From Rubripirellula sp. (GTDB taxonomy: Bacteria; Planctomycetota; Planctomycetia; Pirellulales; Pirellulaceae), in NCBI GenBank assembly GCA_965216875.1, contig OZ244207.1, positions 640,001 through 704,000 of the forward strand: 64,000 bases of DNA, given 5' to 3'. Positions 50,535 through 61,889 of the stretch are shown here, piece by piece. Every line of letters begins with the position of its first letter. Position 1 is the first letter of the stretch. Made by a program: the position numbers and the translations under genes. The notes under the pieces were generated by a model that saw only the letters and a program-made list of their open reading frames with translations, did not search any database and was not told the origin of the DNA.

Positions 50535-50631
50535 GGGAAGCCGTTTCTCGGCTTTCCTCGTGACCCCGCTCTGCGTGGTCACGCGTTCTTCGGACGCTCC
50601 GCGTCCTCCCCGCCTACGCGATCGCGGCTCA

Positions 50632-51525
50632 GGTGGATAAGGCCCGACGCTATCGCGTTCGGCTCACAGGAGTGCGCATCCGTAGCTACCTTCGCCAGAG
50701 GGTGGAATGTGCTGAGTAAGGTGATCAACCACACCACGCTCTGGCGAGCGTAGCTACGGTGGATATGGCCCGACGCTATCGCGTTCGGCTCACTGGAGTG
50801 CGCGTCCGTAGCTACCTTCGCCAGAAGGTGGGATGTGCTGTGTAAGGTGATCAACCACACCACGCTCTGGCGAGCGTAGCTACGGTGGGTAAAGCCCGAC
50901 GCTAGCGCGTTCGGCTCACTGGAGTGCGCGTCCGTAGCTACCTTCGCCAGAAGGTGGAATGTGCTGAGAAGGGTGATCAACCACACCACGCTCTGGCGAG
51001 CGTAGCTACGCTGGATAAGGCCCGACGCTAGCGCGTTCGGCTCACTGGAGTGCGCGTTCGTAGCTACCTTCGCCAGAAGGTGGAATGTGCTGAGAAGGGT
51101 GATCAACCACACCACGCTCTGGCGAGCGTAGCTACGGTGGGTAAGGCCCGACGCTAGCGCGTTCGGCTCACAGGAGTGCGCATCCGTAGCTACCTTCGCC
51201 AGAAGGTGGGATGTGCTGTGTAAGGTGATCAACCACACCACGCTCTGGCGAGCGTAGCTACGGTGGATAAGGCCCAACGCTAGCTAGCGCGTTCGGCTCA
51301 CAGGAGTGCGCATCCGTAGCTACCTTCGCCAGAAGGTGGAATGTGCTGAGAAGGGTGATCAACCACACCACGCTCTGGCGAGCGTAGCTACGCTGGATAA
51401 GGCCCGACGCTAGCGCGTTCGGCTCACTGGAGTGCGCGTCCGTAGCTACCTTCGCCAGAAGGTGGAATGTGCTGTGTAAGGTGATCGACCATCACCACGT
51501 TCTGGCGAGCGTTGTTACGGTGGAT
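50632..51525. repeat. Tandem array of seven 126-bp REP/BIME-like units
   Basis: Units start at ~50632, 50758, 50884, 51010, 51136, 51262 and 51392 (one has a 4-bp insertion). Each holds inverted GTAGCTAC REPs plus a gcccgacgctagcgcgttcggc hairpin. Confidence 0.92.
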
Positions 51526-51552
51526 TGGGCAGATTGTCATGCGGAGCATGAC

Positions 51553-52419
51553 CTACAGTTGGTCGATGGCGTTGGGGATTTGATCGAGCGTGACCAGGAC
51601 CGCCACTTGGTGAGGCGTTGAGTCCGCACTGACTCCGCCGAGCATGTTCTTAGCCAATCCTTCCAAGGGGGACCCGCCGGCAATCAAGAAGGCATCTCCT
51701 TCGCTGCCGATGATCTCGAGATCAAGCTGCTCGAGCGGCCACGTTTCGCGCCGCGAATCGATACGTACTGCCGACTCGCTGCTGACCCAATTGCGTCGTG
51801 CATGACCATGCTGAATCTCGGGCCGAAAGCGAATACGGACGCTCCCGGATTGCTTGCCCGGTTCGGCCGTGAGTGCGAAAAGGTATTGTGGGTTGCTTAG
51901 TGTGCGGCCAATCGTTTCGCCGTTGAGGCGAATCAATGGAACTTCATCACCTTCGACCGGCTTCTTCAACGGCAACTCATAGCGCCGACCAAACCGGATC
52001 GGAATTCGCATATCACCTTGAGCCGCATCACTTGCGATCGAAGCCTGCTCGAGAAAATCGTCGACAACATCTTGTGTGACTCGCAGCGATTCCAGCCGCG
52101 ATTGCAAACGCGGCAAGCTCACCGCTTTGCCAACACGAAGACCATTGTCGGCCAAACTCTGCCGAGCTCGCGTGTCGATCGAGGTCTCATCCACCCACTG
52201 CCAAATCGATGCAGCCTTGTCGGCATCGCCATCGGACATCTCAATCGGAATGAACTGGACGCTCAGAATCACCGACTTGGGGTTTTCGCGAACGGCCGGC
52301 AAGCTCGTTTCACTCAACTCACCCCGTTGTCTCCACTGCGCGCACCCGAGCACCCATGGCGCTACCAAAAGTGGCACCACTAGCATTGCCGTGCGGAATG
52401 AACGGGGAATTCGCAACAA
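51553..52419 (-). CDS. Hypothetical lipoprotein
   Basis: Lipobox-like VLGC after a hydrophobic stretch; 288 aa. Confidence 0.7.
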   Translation of the reverse strand: MLRIPRSFRTAMLVVPLLVAPWVLGCAQWRQRGELSETSLPAVRENPKSVILSVQFIPIEMSDGDADKAASIWQWVDETSIDTRARQSLADNGLRVGKAVSLPRLQSRLESLRVTQDVVDDFLEQASIASDAAQGDMRIPIRFGRRYELPLKKPVEGDEVPLIRLNGETIGRTLSNPQYLFALTAEPGKQSGSVRIRFRPEIQHGHARRNWVSSESAVRIDSRRETWPLEQLDLEIIGSEGDAFLIAGGSPLEGLAKNMLGGVSADSTPHQVAVLVTLDQIPNAIDQL

Positions 52420-52790
52420 ATCGTTTCCTATTTCGCGTTGGCCGAACGCTACGAATTCACTGCATCACACGTCAAGAACGGTTTAAAACGCGCTTCACGT
52501 CCGCATCGAACCTCGCCGGTTTGCTAGCAACCGCGGAAATTCGCTCTTTTGCGAAAATGCAGACTTCGACTAAAGTTCTCGCCATATCCCGTGAAACAGG
52601 TTGGTGACTCGCTGGTGCAAAACCCAGTGGCATGACAGCCCGGTTTCGGTAACGCGATCGTAAGGAAGCGGTTGGTCTTTATGGACCAATCATCGATCGG
52701 CATGACCGCAAGCCAAGGCACTGACAGCGAGCACCGCAAAAGGAATTGTCAGACGACGACTTGTCTGATTGGCCAAGGAGGAGCCAGACC

Positions 52791-55700
52791 ATGTTGTTGG
52801 ATCGCATCGATATCGACGCCCATGGACCCTTACAACGAGTTGAATTGGGCCCGTTCTCGGAACACTTGAATGTGGTTTGTGGGCCGGAGGGTGCGGGTAA
52901 GACCGCGATCGCTCGGTTTGTCCGCGATACCCTCGTGAGTCGCCAATACCCACTTGGCATGATGAGCTCGTCCAGCGGACGCGTCGTTTGGATGGACGGC
53001 AATGGTTTGGTGCAGTGTCTTCGCGAACAAGATGGTACGCGAACCGGCCGAACGACCATTGACTTCCAACCGCGAGGCGACTTCTCCGACACTTACCGAT
53101 CACTGACCGGATCATGGTTGTCGAAATCTGACGCCGCTAATCAAACCGACCAGGCTCGCGCGCTCGCCGCACTTCAGTGGCCCGAAGCACTTGTCGACAG
53201 CGTGATCACGGACACCGCTGTAACGAATCTTGGCCGAGTCGTTTCGGCATGCTTGTCGAGCGGACTCGATGCTCCCGAGACCTACAAAGCGTTGCCACTC
53301 GATCATGAGCTTTACCGTTATAGCGACGCGCTGGAATTGCATGAAGAAACTCCGGGGCGCGATCGTCGTCGCCTGCGAGACGAACTCGCGGATGTGGAAG
53401 CCGAAATTGGACGAATTGAAGCATCCGATGTCGACTACCAGCGATTGGTCCGTCGTCGCGATGAATTGACCAGCCGCCTGTCATCATCATCGGCACGATA
53501 CGAAAACCTACGGGGGGCGGAATCGTTGCGTGCTCGCCTGACCCACCTTTGCGAACTTGCTCGCGATCTCAGGGCGCGTCAAAGCGATTTGCGTCAGCGT
53601 CATGACAGCTATTACGTCGGTGCCGCGAACCAAGGTCGACTCGACGATGCCGACGCACAACTGAGCGGTTGGCGTCGAACGCTTTCCGAGATTCGTGCGC
53701 TCCGTGAAGCCTTGTTGACTGGCTCAGATCCAATCGGCTGGTACCGAACTCACGAGGAAGACGCAATCTTGCGCCGGCAACGGCTCGACGGTCTGTTGCA
53801 TTGGACCGATCGATACGAACGGGGCGGTGCTTGGAACGAAGGCGACGCCGGTCGCTACAATGAAGTGCGCCGCAGAATTGACTCGGCAACTGATCACATC
53901 GACTGGTTGCTAAAGCGATACGCATCAGCCGATTCGGTGAGTCGAAATTGGTACGACAACCTTCCAGCCTCGGCCAGTTATCGTTCGACGACGACCTTGG
54001 GTGACACGCTTCGCGCGATCCGCACCGACCTCACACAGGTTCGCCAAGCCGCCGGGCGCCCTGCGATTGACCAAGCCCGCGCCACGCAGCTCGACGACCT
54101 TCGAAGGTGCGAGTATTGGTTGACCGCAGCCATTGAACAGCTTGGACACTACCGCGATTCCCTGCGTCGGGATCTTCCCGGTCGCTATCGATCGTCGTTG
54201 ACCGATGTCCCACGTGACCGCGAACTGCGTCAAGTTACAGCCGACTTGGACACGTGCCTCGCCGAAGCGGCTGACATCCGTCGCCGCCTTCGCATGCACG
54301 ACGACGCCACTGTTTCAACGTCGTCGACTTGGGTCGATCGTGATGCCGTCGATGCCGAGATTCGATCGATCGATCGTAGGCTCGCTTCGCTATCGCGGCT
54401 GCAGTGGCTCAAGACACGTCGAAGTAAATTGCTTTCTGAAATTGGCGTAGGACGCAAAGTGCGCTGGGCCAGCCCGCTCGCAGAAGCGGCGAGCCGTTGG
54501 CTCACACGTTTGTCTGCGGGCCGATTGCGTCGTGTCGAGTGGAGCAAAGACGCCGGCGGAAACCTAAGCCAACACGATCGTCGTCACAGCGTTTCGATTG
54601 ACGGACGTCAGGAACACGAATGTGTCGCGACCGACCGCGCCTTGGCCGTGCTGGCCGTCCGCATGGCCGCTGGCGATCTGCTTGCCGCGACGGGCCGCCC
54701 GGCACCGCTGCTGCTGGAAACTCACCGCGAATTGTTGACGGCATCGGCTTCGGACGCGCATGTCGACCCGGTGACACAAGAGTACTATCAAGCCGGCTCG
54801 CTCGGACGACTCAACCACCCGATCGCCGCTGCATTGCACGATTACACGCGTGGCGGTCGTCAAGTCATTGTGCTGACCAGTAGCGAGGCGTTGACCGAGC
54901 AGCTCGCAAGAGCCCACAGTCGCGTCTTCCGCATTCACGCTCAACCCATCGTCCATGCTCATCGGCCCGTATGGCAGCCACAGTATGAGAACGAGCATTA
55001 CGTGGGCCCTCATCCACATACCTATGGCGAATACACCGTGGCCGATTTGGGATCGCGTCCCGTGTCGGACATCAATCGTGACTTTGATGTTGCTTGGCGT
55101 GAAGCCAACGGCTTCAACGACTCGCCCGTTGCAGTCGGCAATCGAGACCATGTGCGAACCGACCTGCCACCGGCCGGCACTCAGTACCGTGATGGTTACT
55201 ACTACGCCAATACCTACAGTACGGTCACGAGCGAGGGGCAAGACGGTTCGGCGTTCGGAAGTGCTTCCCCAGCCAACAGCGTGCAGGCATCGTCATCGAC
55301 AGCGCCAACACATGCGTCGCTTCGCAACACAGTGGTCGAGTCGCCGTTCTACCTGACCGTTGACAGTCCCATTGATCAGGCTCCCTCGGTCGATGCCGTT
55401 GCAGCGGCTCGCTTGCGAGGATTGAAAGTCACTCACATCAATCACTTGATGCAACAAGACTCCAATCGCCTCGCGGACGCGTTGGGATTGCACAGTGTTG
55501 ACGCGGCGACCGTGCGTCGTTGGCAAGCCGAGTGTCGTTTGGCATGCCGCGTGCCCAACCTGCGTGGTTTTGACGCCCGTGTATTGGTCGGTTGTGGTGT
55601 TACCGACCCAGCCCAATTGGCCGCGATTCATCCAGTTGACTTGCTGCAAGAAGTGGAAGCGTTTCTCGCGACTTCGCGGGGTCAACAAATCCTGCAGAGT

Positions 55701-56624
55701 GGCACCAGTCAAGAGCTCTCGCGAATCACCAGTTGGATCGCTGCGGCGAATAGTTCACCGGCGGAACGTGAAGCGATTGAAAAGCGTAACCGCCGAGCGA
55801 ATTTCCTGGGAAGTCGTTCGGGAGCGTTCGCTGGATTTGATAGTGACCGCTACGAATACTCTGGCGATTCGGACGACAACGACCGCGAAAGCCAAAGTGG
55901 CCAACGCCGTCGCCGCCGCACATCGTCGGCAAACGGTCGCTCCGAGCGTTCAAGTGAGAAACGCCAGCGTGGCTCGCGCCGGTCGGGGCGGTCGACCTCG
56001 CAACGATCCCACTCGCGTTCGGGAAGCTCGCTTCGATCGAGTCGTCGCAACAACGATCGTCACTCGCAAAGCGAACGTGCCGAGCGTGAACGTCGCGAGC
56101 ACGTTCGTTATGAACAGGACGACGACCAACAAGAATCAACCTCGCACGCTAGCCAGCAGGAAAACTCGGCAGACCAGCCTCGAGAATTGCGATTCTATTT
56201 GCAACGTGATCGTGATGTTGTCGACGCACCTTCGATTGGTGCTCGCATGGCCGAACGACTGCAAGCCGTTGGAATCGAAACCGTCAACGATCTGCTAACG
56301 GCCGATGCCGAATCGATCGCCGAGCAACTTGATCACCGCCGAGTGGACGCCGACACCGTCACGGCATGGCAGCAACAAGCGGAACTCGTCTGTCGTGTTC
56401 CGATGCTGCGTGGTCATGACGCTCAACTGTTGGTGCTGGGCGAAGTCACCTCGCCCGAAGAGTTGGCGCAGTGGAGTCCCGATGAACTCTTTGGCATGAT
56501 CGATGGGATCAGCCAGAGCAAGGAAGGACGGCGCATCATTCGCGGCGGCAACGATCCCGATCTCGAGGAAGTGACCAGCTGGATTCAAAACGCGCACCAC
56601 ACGCGCGAACTGCGAGCCGCCTAG
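52791..56624 (+). CDS. AAA_27/YhaN-like coiled-coil ATPase fused to two DUF4332-like HhH domains
   Basis: LNVVCGPEGAGKT, long coiled coil, and two APSV/IG..A.RL...WQ..A.L.CRVP.LRG.DA repeats. Confidence 0.8.
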   Translation: MLLDRIDIDAHGPLQRVELGPFSEHLNVVCGPEGAGKTAIARFVRDTLVSRQYPLGMMSSSSGRVVWMDGNGLVQCLREQDGTRTGRTTIDFQPRGDFSDTYRSLTGSWLSKSDAANQTDQARALAALQWPEALVDSVITDTAVTNLGRVVSACLSSGLDAPETYKALPLDHELYRYSDALELHEETPGRDRRRLRDELADVEAEIGRIEASDVDYQRLVRRRDELTSRLSSSSARYENLRGAESLRARLTHLCELARDLRARQSDLRQRHDSYYVGAANQGRLDDADAQLSGWRRTLSEIRALREALLTGSDPIGWYRTHEEDAILRRQRLDGLLHWTDRYERGGAWNEGDAGRYNEVRRRIDSATDHIDWLLKRYASADSVSRNWYDNLPASASYRSTTTLGDTLRAIRTDLTQVRQAAGRPAIDQARATQLDDLRRCEYWLTAAIEQLGHYRDSLRRDLPGRYRSSLTDVPRDRELRQVTADLDTCLAEAADIRRRLRMHDDATVSTSSTWVDRDAVDAEIRSIDRRLASLSRLQWLKTRRSKLLSEIGVGRKVRWASPLAEAASRWLTRLSAGRLRRVEWSKDAGGNLSQHDRRHSVSIDGRQEHECVATDRALAVLAVRMAAGDLLAATGRPAPLLLETHRELLTASASDAHVDPVTQEYYQAGSLGRLNHPIAAALHDYTRGGRQVIVLTSSEALTEQLARAHSRVFRIHAQPIVHAHRPVWQPQYENEHYVGPHPHTYGEYTVADLGSRPVSDINRDFDVAWREANGFNDSPVAVGNRDHVRTDLPPAGTQYRDGYYYANTYSTVTSEGQDGSAFGSASPANSVQASSSTAPTHASLRNTVVESPFYLTVDSPIDQAPSVDAVAAARLRGLKVTHINHLMQQDSNRLADALGLHSVDAATVRRWQAECRLACRVPNLRGFDARVLVGCGVTDPAQLAAIHPVDLLQEVEAFLATSRGQQILQSGTSQELSRITSWIAAANSSPAEREAIEKRNRRANFLGSRSGAFAGFDSDRYEYSGDSDDNDRESQSGQRRRRRTSSANGRSERSSEKRQRGSRRSGRSTSQRSHSRSGSSLRSSRRNNDRHSQSERAERERREHVRYEQDDDQQESTSHASQQENSADQPRELRFYLQRDRDVVDAPSIGARMAERLQAVGIETVNDLLTADAESIAEQLDHRRVDADTVTAWQQQAELVCRVPMLRGHDAQLLVLGEVTSPEELAQWSPDELFGMIDGISQSKEGRRIIRGGNDPDLEEVTSWIQNAHHTRELRAA

Positions 56625-56871
56625 TCGGGCGCGAAGAAGTGTTCACACCTGTCTCCTAACATTTTACCAGTTGCGATTCTTGTTTCGCAAAAGAGAACAA
56701 GAATTGCGCTGCCTATGCGGCGCATGCGTTCAGCTACCATTTGGTGGTTGGCATGGCGTAGAATGACGGGTGTAAGGCAATGCAACGCGTGAACCTGGTT
56801 CTTGCAACGTCCTGGAATGCAATGGATGACGCAAAGAACGCTGAGACTTCCCAGGCGATGCGTCCCCAAAC

Positions 56872-56924
56872 GTAGTGGACGAGGCAACGAGTCCCGAAGA
56901 CGTAGTGGACGAGGCAACGAGTCC
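56872..56924. repeat. GTAG-type REP gtagtggacgaggcaacgagtcc x2
   Basis: Two copies 30 bp apart. Confidence 0.8.
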
Positions 56925-56977
56925 TGAGAACGTGGTCCTGAACCTCAGCAAAACCGGCCGCGCGTGAATGACGCTGG

Positions 56978-58834
56978 TTGGGGCGTTTGTTGGACGAACG
57001 AAGGCTCCGGCAGATGCGTGGGAACGAGGAAAAGGGACCGCGATCACAGGCAGCTGTGATTCGCACCACAGCTGCGATTGCGCTGTGCATTTGCGGTTTC
57101 GCTACCGATCTCCTTCTCGAACAGCCCATCCTGGCGCTGACGCCTGTTCTTTGTGGTGTGGCGATTGCCGTACCGTTGCCGCGTGCAAGTTTCGCCGTTG
57201 TGGTTGTCATTGCTGCATTGGCCATCGTGATCCCAGGATTCTGGGACACCGAAGGCGGACAATGGCTTCCTAGGATGGTTGCCGGAGTCGGCCTTGGATT
57301 CACAGCGATCGCGACGATCCTAGCGCCCGACGTTCACCCGGTCGAGACGTTCAGCCTGGATGATGAAACCGACGGACTGGATGAGTATGAAGAGCCGTCG
57401 ACGCTGATTCGTGCTGATGGTCACGGCGAAAATCTGGCTCAAACATCAAACGACTTTGATTATGACTTTCTTGTTGAACAACAGGACGTTGGTCTCGGCG
57501 ATGCCGAAGTCATGCTGCGGCGGCTTCGCAACTCGGGGCGTTTCGATGACGATCAATTGCAGCTGATCGAAACCGAGTTGCGAGCGGTTGCGACCAAGCC
57601 ACACTCGCTTGAATCTGGTGACCAAGTTGGGGAATTCGTCGTCGAGGGGCCGCTCGGACGTGGCGGAGTGGGGGACGTGTATCGCGGACGCGATCGCCAA
57701 AGTGGCCAGCCGGCCGCGATCAAAATCCTGCACAACGTTCGCGTGGGTGATCGCTTCCGTCGCGAAATGGAAATGGTGCAACAACTTGCTCACCCCAACA
57801 TCGTGACTGCCTATGACGTCGGCGAACATGATGGCGTGCAGTACATCGCCATGGAACTGCTCAACGGTCCGGATCTGAATGTATGGGTCAACGATCACGG
57901 GCCGCTCGATTGCATGACCTCGGCGCGCTACATCCTTCAGATTGCTCGCGCGCTGGGACATGCCCATCGACGCGACTTAGTGCATCGTGACATCAAACCG
58001 GGCAACATCATCCTCAATGGCGATGACATGGTGAAGCTGGTCGACCTTGGACTTGCAGTCATGCCAGTCAAAGGGGCGCTTGGCGATGTTAATCAGGAAA
58101 CGAAAGAGGGGCACCTTGCTGGAACGCTCGCCTACATGGCCCCCGAACAAGCTCGCTCGCTTTCGTCGGCCAACGCAACCTCCGATATCTACGGTCTCGG
58201 TGCGACGTGGTACTTCTTGCTGACGGGCCGACCACGCCTACGCGGCCAGAGCTTCAACCAACAATTCGAAAACCTGCTGATCAAACGACGTTTCAATGCG
58301 TTGCCCGAGGATTGCCTGCCTGAGAGTTTGGAAAGGGTTTACCGTAGGATGGTTGCTTACAATCCTGGGCGGCGCTACCAACACTGCGGCGAATTGACCG
58401 CAGAACTCGAAGAAGCACTGGTGATCGAGGGCGAATCGGTTTCGCCGAATGAGATCCGTGTGTTGGTTGTTGAAGACAGCAAGACCGACATGCTGTTGAC
58501 CATCGAGACGCTGCGCCGCGCCAACGGCAGTCTCGAAATTCACCAAGCGAAAACACTGCAAGAGGGAATCGACGTGATGGGTTCGCGTCCGATCGACCTG
58601 GTGCTGCTCGATTTGACGCTGCCCGACAGTATCGGCGTCGAGACGGTGACGACGTTTCGCGAGGCGGCCCCCAAAGTCCCTCTCGTCGTCCTCACGGGAC
58701 TGTCCGAAGTCGAAATGGCGACCGCCTGCCTCGAAGCGGGGGCCAGCGGATTTGTTTCCAAAGCGGGGCTGAATGTGCACAAAATGGAACGCGCCATTTT
58801 TGTCACACTGTCGCGATGCGGCGTTGCCGGATAG
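56978..58834 (+). CDS. Membrane Ser/Thr kinase with C-terminal receiver domain
   Basis: N-terminal TM segments; GRGGVG, HRDIKPGN, DLG and YMAPE; VLVVEDS..LLDLTLPD..VSK receiver. Confidence 0.88.
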   Translation: MGRLLDERRLRQMRGNEEKGPRSQAAVIRTTAAIALCICGFATDLLLEQPILALTPVLCGVAIAVPLPRASFAVVVVIAALAIVIPGFWDTEGGQWLPRMVAGVGLGFTAIATILAPDVHPVETFSLDDETDGLDEYEEPSTLIRADGHGENLAQTSNDFDYDFLVEQQDVGLGDAEVMLRRLRNSGRFDDDQLQLIETELRAVATKPHSLESGDQVGEFVVEGPLGRGGVGDVYRGRDRQSGQPAAIKILHNVRVGDRFRREMEMVQQLAHPNIVTAYDVGEHDGVQYIAMELLNGPDLNVWVNDHGPLDCMTSARYILQIARALGHAHRRDLVHRDIKPGNIILNGDDMVKLVDLGLAVMPVKGALGDVNQETKEGHLAGTLAYMAPEQARSLSSANATSDIYGLGATWYFLLTGRPRLRGQSFNQQFENLLIKRRFNALPEDCLPESLERVYRRMVAYNPGRRYQHCGELTAELEEALVIEGESVSPNEIRVLVVEDSKTDMLLTIETLRRANGSLEIHQAKTLQEGIDVMGSRPIDLVLLDLTLPDSIGVETVTTFREAAPKVPLVVLTGLSEVEMATACLEAGASGFVSKAGLNVHKMERAIFVTLSRCGVAG

Positions 58835-59000
58835 TCGCCCTACGCTCTCTTGCTGCCGCTCCAAACGGCCCGCGGAATTAGCTACACTGTCGCCCTGTTG
58901 CGATGCGAGGGATGTCATTTTCCCCTAGTGTGTCTTCGAGCACCTTCGCAGCTCCATCCAAAACCTCTCCCCTGTTACGCGACAATCGGGTTTTCCGAAC

Positions 59001-60956
59001 ATGACCGACGCTTCTTCTGGCCAAATCGACCACGTCCTGATCGAAGATCGAAAATTCCCGCCACCGCCGGAATTCACCGCCAAGGCGGTCTTTTCGACGA
59101 TGCAACAGTACGAGGAGATGTACCAGCGGGCCGTCAATGATCGAGACGGTTTCTGGAAGGAACAGGCACTCGAGCACCTTCATTGGTTCGAACCGTTTGG
59201 GGAAGTTTGCAAGTGGAATGCCCCCAACGCCGAGTGGTTCGTCGGTGGCAAGACCAACGCCAGCTACAACTGCCTCGATCGACACATTGACCAAGGCAAC
59301 GGCGACAAGGTCGCGATCATCTGGGAAGGTGAACCTGGAGACACACGCACGTTGACCTATGCCGAACTTCAAAAGGAAGTTTGCAAGTGCGCCGAGGGGC
59401 TCAAGCAATTGGGCATCGGTTTGGGTGACGTTGTCAGTATCTACATGCCGATGACGCCGGAACTGGCCATCGCGATGCTGGCCTGTGCACGCATCGGTGC
59501 GATTCACTCGGTGATCTTCGCTGGCTTCAGCGCCGAATCGATCGCCGATCGATGCAACGACGCGGAGGCGAAGCTGATCATCACCTCGGATGGCCTGCAC
59601 CGCCGCGGCAAAGTTCTGCCGCTCAAAGAAACCGTCGATGAAGCACTTGCCAAATCGCCAACTGTTCAGCATTGCTTGGTTCTTAAACGCGTTGGTAACG
59701 ACGCGCCGATGACCGATGGCCGTGACGTCTGGTGGCACGACGTCGTCGACGGACAACCGGGCGAGTTGCCTGCCGAACCGCTCGACAGCGAAACGACTTT
59801 GTTCATCCTGTACACCTCCGGGAGCACTGGAAAACCAAAAGGGATTCGCCACACCACCGCGGGCTACAACCTGTGGGCAAAACGAACCTTCCAGTGGGTC
59901 TTTGACCATCGCGATGACGATGTCTACTGGTGCACAGCCGACTGCGGTTGGATCACCGGTCACAGCTACATTGTCTACGGGCCACTCGCAGCCGGCGCGA
60001 CTTGCTTGATGTACGAAGGTGCTCCGAACCATCCCGCCGAAGACCGTTTTTGGGACCTCGTCGAAAAGTACAAAGTCACCATCCTGTACACCGCTCCGAC
60101 GGCCATTCGTGCATTCATCAAATGGGGCGACGAACATGTCGACAAGCACGACCTGTCGAGTTTGCGATTGCTCGGTAGCGTCGGCGAAGGCATCAACCCC
60201 GAAGCATGGATGTGGTACCACGAAAAGATTGGCGGCGAAAAATGCCCGATCGTTGACACGTGGTGGCAGACCGAAACCGGTGGAATCATGATGAGCCCCC
60301 TGCCGGGGATCACCGAGACCAAGCCTGGTTCCTGCACGCGTCCCCTTCCGGGCGTCGTACCAAAGATCCTGGACGAGTCGGGAACAGCGGTTGAGCAAAA
60401 CAACGGTGGAATGCTTTGCATCAGCGAACCCTGGCCAGGAATGTTACGCGGCATTTGGGGTGATGACCAACGATTCGTCGACCAATACTGGTCGACCATC
60501 GAAGGGATGTATTTGACCGGCGACAATGCTCGTCAGGACGAAGACGGATACTACTGGATCATGGGGCGAATCGATGACGTGATCAACGTATCGGGGCACC
60601 GCCTGAGTACCATTGAAGTCGAGAGTGCCCTCTGCAGTCACGATGCTGTCTGTGAAGCAGCCGTTGTCGGACGTCCTCACGATCTGAAAGGCCAAGCGAT
60701 CGCAGCGTTTGTCACCATTCGCGATCGAGAACCTGACGAAGAGTTCCGCAAGGAACTGAAACAACACGTTCGCAAACAAATCGGCGCGCTGGCACAACCA
60801 GATGACTTGAGATTCACTGCCGCATTGCCCAAAACACGAAGCGGTAAAATCATGCGGCGTCTGTTGCGCGACATCGCATCGGGACGCGAAGTTGGCGGCG
60901 ACACGTCAACGCTCGAAGACTACTCCGTCCTGGCCAAGTTAAGCGACGAAGATTAG
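59001..60956 (+). CDS. acs: Acetyl-CoA synthetase
   Basis: [21 protein letters not shown] and [12 protein letters not shown]. Confidence 0.97.
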   Translation: MTDASSGQIDHVLIEDRKFPPPPEFTAKAVFSTMQQYEEMYQRAVNDRDGFWKEQALEHLHWFEPFGEVCKWNAPNAEWFVGGKTNASYNCLDRHIDQGNGDKVAIIWEGEPGDTRTLTYAELQKEVCKCAEGLKQLGIGLGDVVSIYMPMTPELAIAMLACARIGAIHSVIFAGFSAESIADRCNDAEAKLIITSDGLHRRGKVLPLKETVDEALAKSPTVQHCLVLKRVGNDAPMTDGRDVWWHDVVDGQPGELPAEPLDSETTLFILYTSGSTGKPKGIRHTTAGYNLWAKRTFQWVFDHRDDDVYWCTADCGWITGHSYIVYGPLAAGATCLMYEGAPNHPAEDRFWDLVEKYKVTILYTAPTAIRAFIKWGDEHVDKHDLSSLRLLGSVGEGINPEAWMWYHEKIGGEKCPIVDTWWQTETGGIMMSPLPGITETKPGSCTRPLPGVVPKILDESGTAVEQNNGGMLCISEPWPGMLRGIWGDDQRFVDQYWSTIEGMYLTGDNARQDEDGYYWIMGRIDDVINVSGHRLSTIEVESALCSHDAVCEAAVVGRPHDLKGQAIAAFVTIRDREPDEEFRKELKQHVRKQIGALAQPDDLRFTAALPKTRSGKIMRRLLRDIASGREVGGDTSTLEDYSVLAKLSDED

Positions 60957-60976
60957 TCGCCAAGGCACAACCCTCT

Positions 60977-61161
60977 CCTCGTTCCCACGCTCCGCGTGGG
61001 AACGCCCCACGGACGCTCCGCGTCCCAGTTCCAACCTGGCTGGGGGTGAGGGAGCTGCACGCGCATCTCCACACACGCACTACGCGGCCTCGACTTTTCG
61101 CGGTTCTTAAGGAATCCTCTGTGCCGGATCTGCGTCGCTGTCGCTCCTTGATCCGGCCTAC
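60977..61161. repeat. REP copies between convergent genes
   Basis: ctcgttcccacgctccgcgtgggaacg, and tgccggatctgcgtcgctgtcgctccttgatccggcctac (identical to 27958-27997). Confidence 0.8.
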
Positions 61162-61178
61162 ACGAAGAGTGAATCCTG

Positions 61179-61889
61179 TTAGAAGAAGAAGTTGATTCCG
61201 AGGATGTGGTTCATTTCGTCGGTTCCGCCTCGGCGGGCCGAGTATTGGTTGAGGTAGCCGACCTCGGTGCGGACCGGTGCGTTGGGGGTTCTTTTGTAGC
61301 CGAAGCCGATGAAGGCTCGGTTTTGGTCGAAGCCTGTGTTCGCGCCCCAGTCGGTGTCGTTGAGGTGGATGAAGACTTCGTCCCACACCACAAACGACCA
61401 CTGAGGACAGCGACTGAGGATGCGCTGGCCTCGCGCAAACTGACGCCAACGCAGACCAACGTCGTCGCCCGTCTCGACCCAACGCTGCTCAAACCGACTG
61501 CGGTGTTGAAAACGCCAGTCGCCGATCGAACGTGTCATTGTCCATTGTTGCCAAAAACGATGCTCGTCAAAGTCGGCGCCCACAACTGGTGACGTCCGAA
61601 TCCAACCGTACCCGGCCCACAACGTATGTTCCTTGGACAACGCATAACCCAAACCTGGCCGGACAATGCTCTGGTTGAATCCGTTGCTGTCGTCACGCAT
61701 TCGATAATGCCCGTCGAACCACCATCGCAGGGGCGAGCCGTCGTGAAGTGAGTTGAATTTTCCGTTGCCCAATGCAGCCAGCCAAAGGCCGGTGTCGTCA
61801 ACCGTTTCCGCTGCGGCCGGACGCGCGGTGCCGATGCCCAACGCGATGAGTAGCAGTGCCAACGAGATTGCTCGAACCATCCTGCTCAT
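61179..61889 (-). CDS. DUF2490-like outer-membrane beta-barrel protein
   Basis: Signal peptide, EHRFWQQ, RFEQRW, FDQNRAFIG and terminal Phe. Confidence 0.82.
   Translation of the reverse strand: MSRMVRAISLALLLIALGIGTARPAAAETVDDTGLWLAALGNGKFNSLHDGSPLRWWFDGHYRMRDDSNGFNQSIVRPGLGYALSKEHTLWAGYGWIRTSPVVGADFDEHRFWQQWTMTRSIGDWRFQHRSRFEQRWVETGDDVGLRWRQFARGQRILSRCPQWSFVVWDEVFIHLNDTDWGANTGFDQNRAFIGFGYKRTPNAPVRTEVGYLNQYSARRGGTDEMNHILGINFFF

Noticed and set aside
50579..51277. 232-aa ORF with 42-aa repeats
   Set aside because: Artefact of the 126-bp (42-codon) palindromic REP array; the frame is broken by a 4-bp insertion in one unit.
50632..51525. CRISPR array
   Set aside because: Whole units are near-identical with no unique spacers, and no cas genes are nearby.
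58878..60398. 506-aa minus-strand ORF
   Set aside because: Antisense shadow of acs, as expected in high-GC coding DNA.
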